Part shown: positions 62,790 through 64,000 of the stretch, piece by piece
Layout of the letters: every line of letters begins with the position of its first letter
Numbering within the stretch: the stretch's first letter is position 1
Assembly (NCBI RefSeq): GCF_018350175.1
Contig: NC_058368.1
Span: forward strand, 135,286,001 to 135,350,000
DNA length: 64,000 bases
Direction: 5' to 3'
Source of the DNA: Felis catus
Lineage: Eukaryota
The notes under the pieces: generated by a model
What the model was told of the DNA's origin: nothing
Databases searched by the model: none
What the model saw: the letters and a program-made list of their open reading frames with translations, nothing else
Translations under genes and position numbers: made by a program

Positions 62790-63330
62790 GGGAGCAATTT
62801 GGCAGACCTATCAAAATATAAAATCTGTATACCATGTGTCACAGCCATTCCACTACAAATATATCTTCCAGATAGACCTGCCTGTGTACACAAAAATATC
62901 TCTGCAAAGATGTTCACTGAAGCATGTTGCAATCATAAACACTGGAAACTACCTAAATACTCATTTATTGGGATAGATGAATATATTTAGGTTTGCTCAT
63001 ACAGTGGGATACTCTGTAACCATTAAAAAGAATGAGTCAACTCTTTATTGGTGGCAAGGAAAAAGCTTTAACATCTAATGTTAGGTGAAAAGAACAAAGT
63101 ACAGATATTGTCTACAAAACGGTCCCTTATATCTTATGCAAACATGATATATACATATGTAGGCTTGTGTATTCATGGGATATATCTACAAAGACACACA
63201 CAAAATGCTAATAATGGTTGCCTTTAGGAGAACGTTTGAGGTAAGGAACGGGGAGATAACTCTGGCAGGGAAAGGCTTTTTGTTAAATGCCCTTTCATAC
63301 ACTGATTCCATTTGTCTTTTTAATGTGCGT
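62790..63330 (+). mobile_element. Old L1ME-type remnant (ORF2 end and 3' UTR)
   Basis: gagcaatttggca...cagccattccacta...aagatgttcactgaagca...ctggaaactacctaaat...ccattaaaaagaatgag. Confidence 0.75.
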
Positions 63331-63911
63331 AGAGACATTGAAAAGAAAACAAAAATAAGAACAAAACATGTCAAATTGATGCAGCTTTCAAGAAACCATT
63401 GTATGCTTTAGTGGTCCAAAGATCAGTTGTTATCTTCATCGGAAAGTAGAATCAAATGGGGTGTAAGACCAGTACCGCAAACGCATTTGACGGTGGTGAG
63501 CAATGAGAAAAGTACTGGATACAAGACCAGAGGACCAGGTTTCCAGTCATGTCCTCACCATCTCATTCTATATATTCTCTCGGGGCCATCACACTTGATC
63601 TTGCTGTTTCAACTCTTGTCTTTGGACTAATCGCCCATAGATCTAAATCTGCAGATCACATCTGTCAAAATAACTAAAGACCCTTCTACCCTATTGTTTA
63701 TTAAATATAGCCCCCACCCCCTGAATCACCTACTGACAATTCAAACTTAAAATGTCCAAACCTCCCACATTTGCCCTCCTGCTATATTCCCGTCTCAAGG
63801 AATAACAGATACCCAAGTCAGGAACCAAGTCTGCCTGTTTTCCCCTCATAAATGGCTGCATGAGCTAGGTGGTCTCCGGCTCCCTTCCCTCCTCTAAGAA
63901 GCAGCATTCCT

Positions 63912-64000
63912 GGGGTGCCTGGGTGGCTCGGTAGGTTAAGCGTCCGACTTCAGCTCAGGTCATGAGTTAGTGGTTCGTGAGTACGACCCCCACATCGGGC
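63912..64000 (+). mobile_element. Can-SINE, cut by the window end
   Basis: ggggtgcctgggtggctcggtaggttaagcgtccgacttcagctcaggtcatga. Confidence 0.95.

Noticed and set aside
1..64000. Prokaryotic-style systems (operons, CRISPR arrays, defence islands)
   Set aside because: The sequence is mammalian repeat-rich DNA; there is no repeat-spacer array or gene-dense region. The 34-bp repeat at 29860 has only two units

Overview
This is mammalian DNA, not prokaryotic. It is felid (cat-family) non-coding sequence, identified by about 22 tRNA-derived Can-SINEs (SINEC_Fc type, most with visible target-site duplications) and a 5'-truncated felid-type L1. It also carries older L1M, L2, CR1/L3, MIR, MLT1/ERVL-LTR and hAT-MITE remnants, plus microsatellites. 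None of the supplied ORFs is a credible gene: they come from SINE, L1, LTR or simple-repeat sequence, or are chance ORFs. The window looks like the interior of a very large intron, probably of a minus-strand gene, because L1 remnants lie mostly on +. The best signal is a candidate 27-nt frame-preserving microexon on the minus strand (50484-50510, xFEHTELDQx), with SRRM4-, QKI- and RBFOX-type motifs around it. I could not identify the host gene. Other notable structures: a 143-bp local templated insertion inside an L1 ORF1 fossil, a template-switch-like 60-bp duplication, a composite inverted SINE, and CR1/L2-clade reverse-transcriptase fossils. Repeat subfamily names are from recalled consensus sequences and need RepeatMasker/Dfam confirmation; boundaries of old repeats are approximate.
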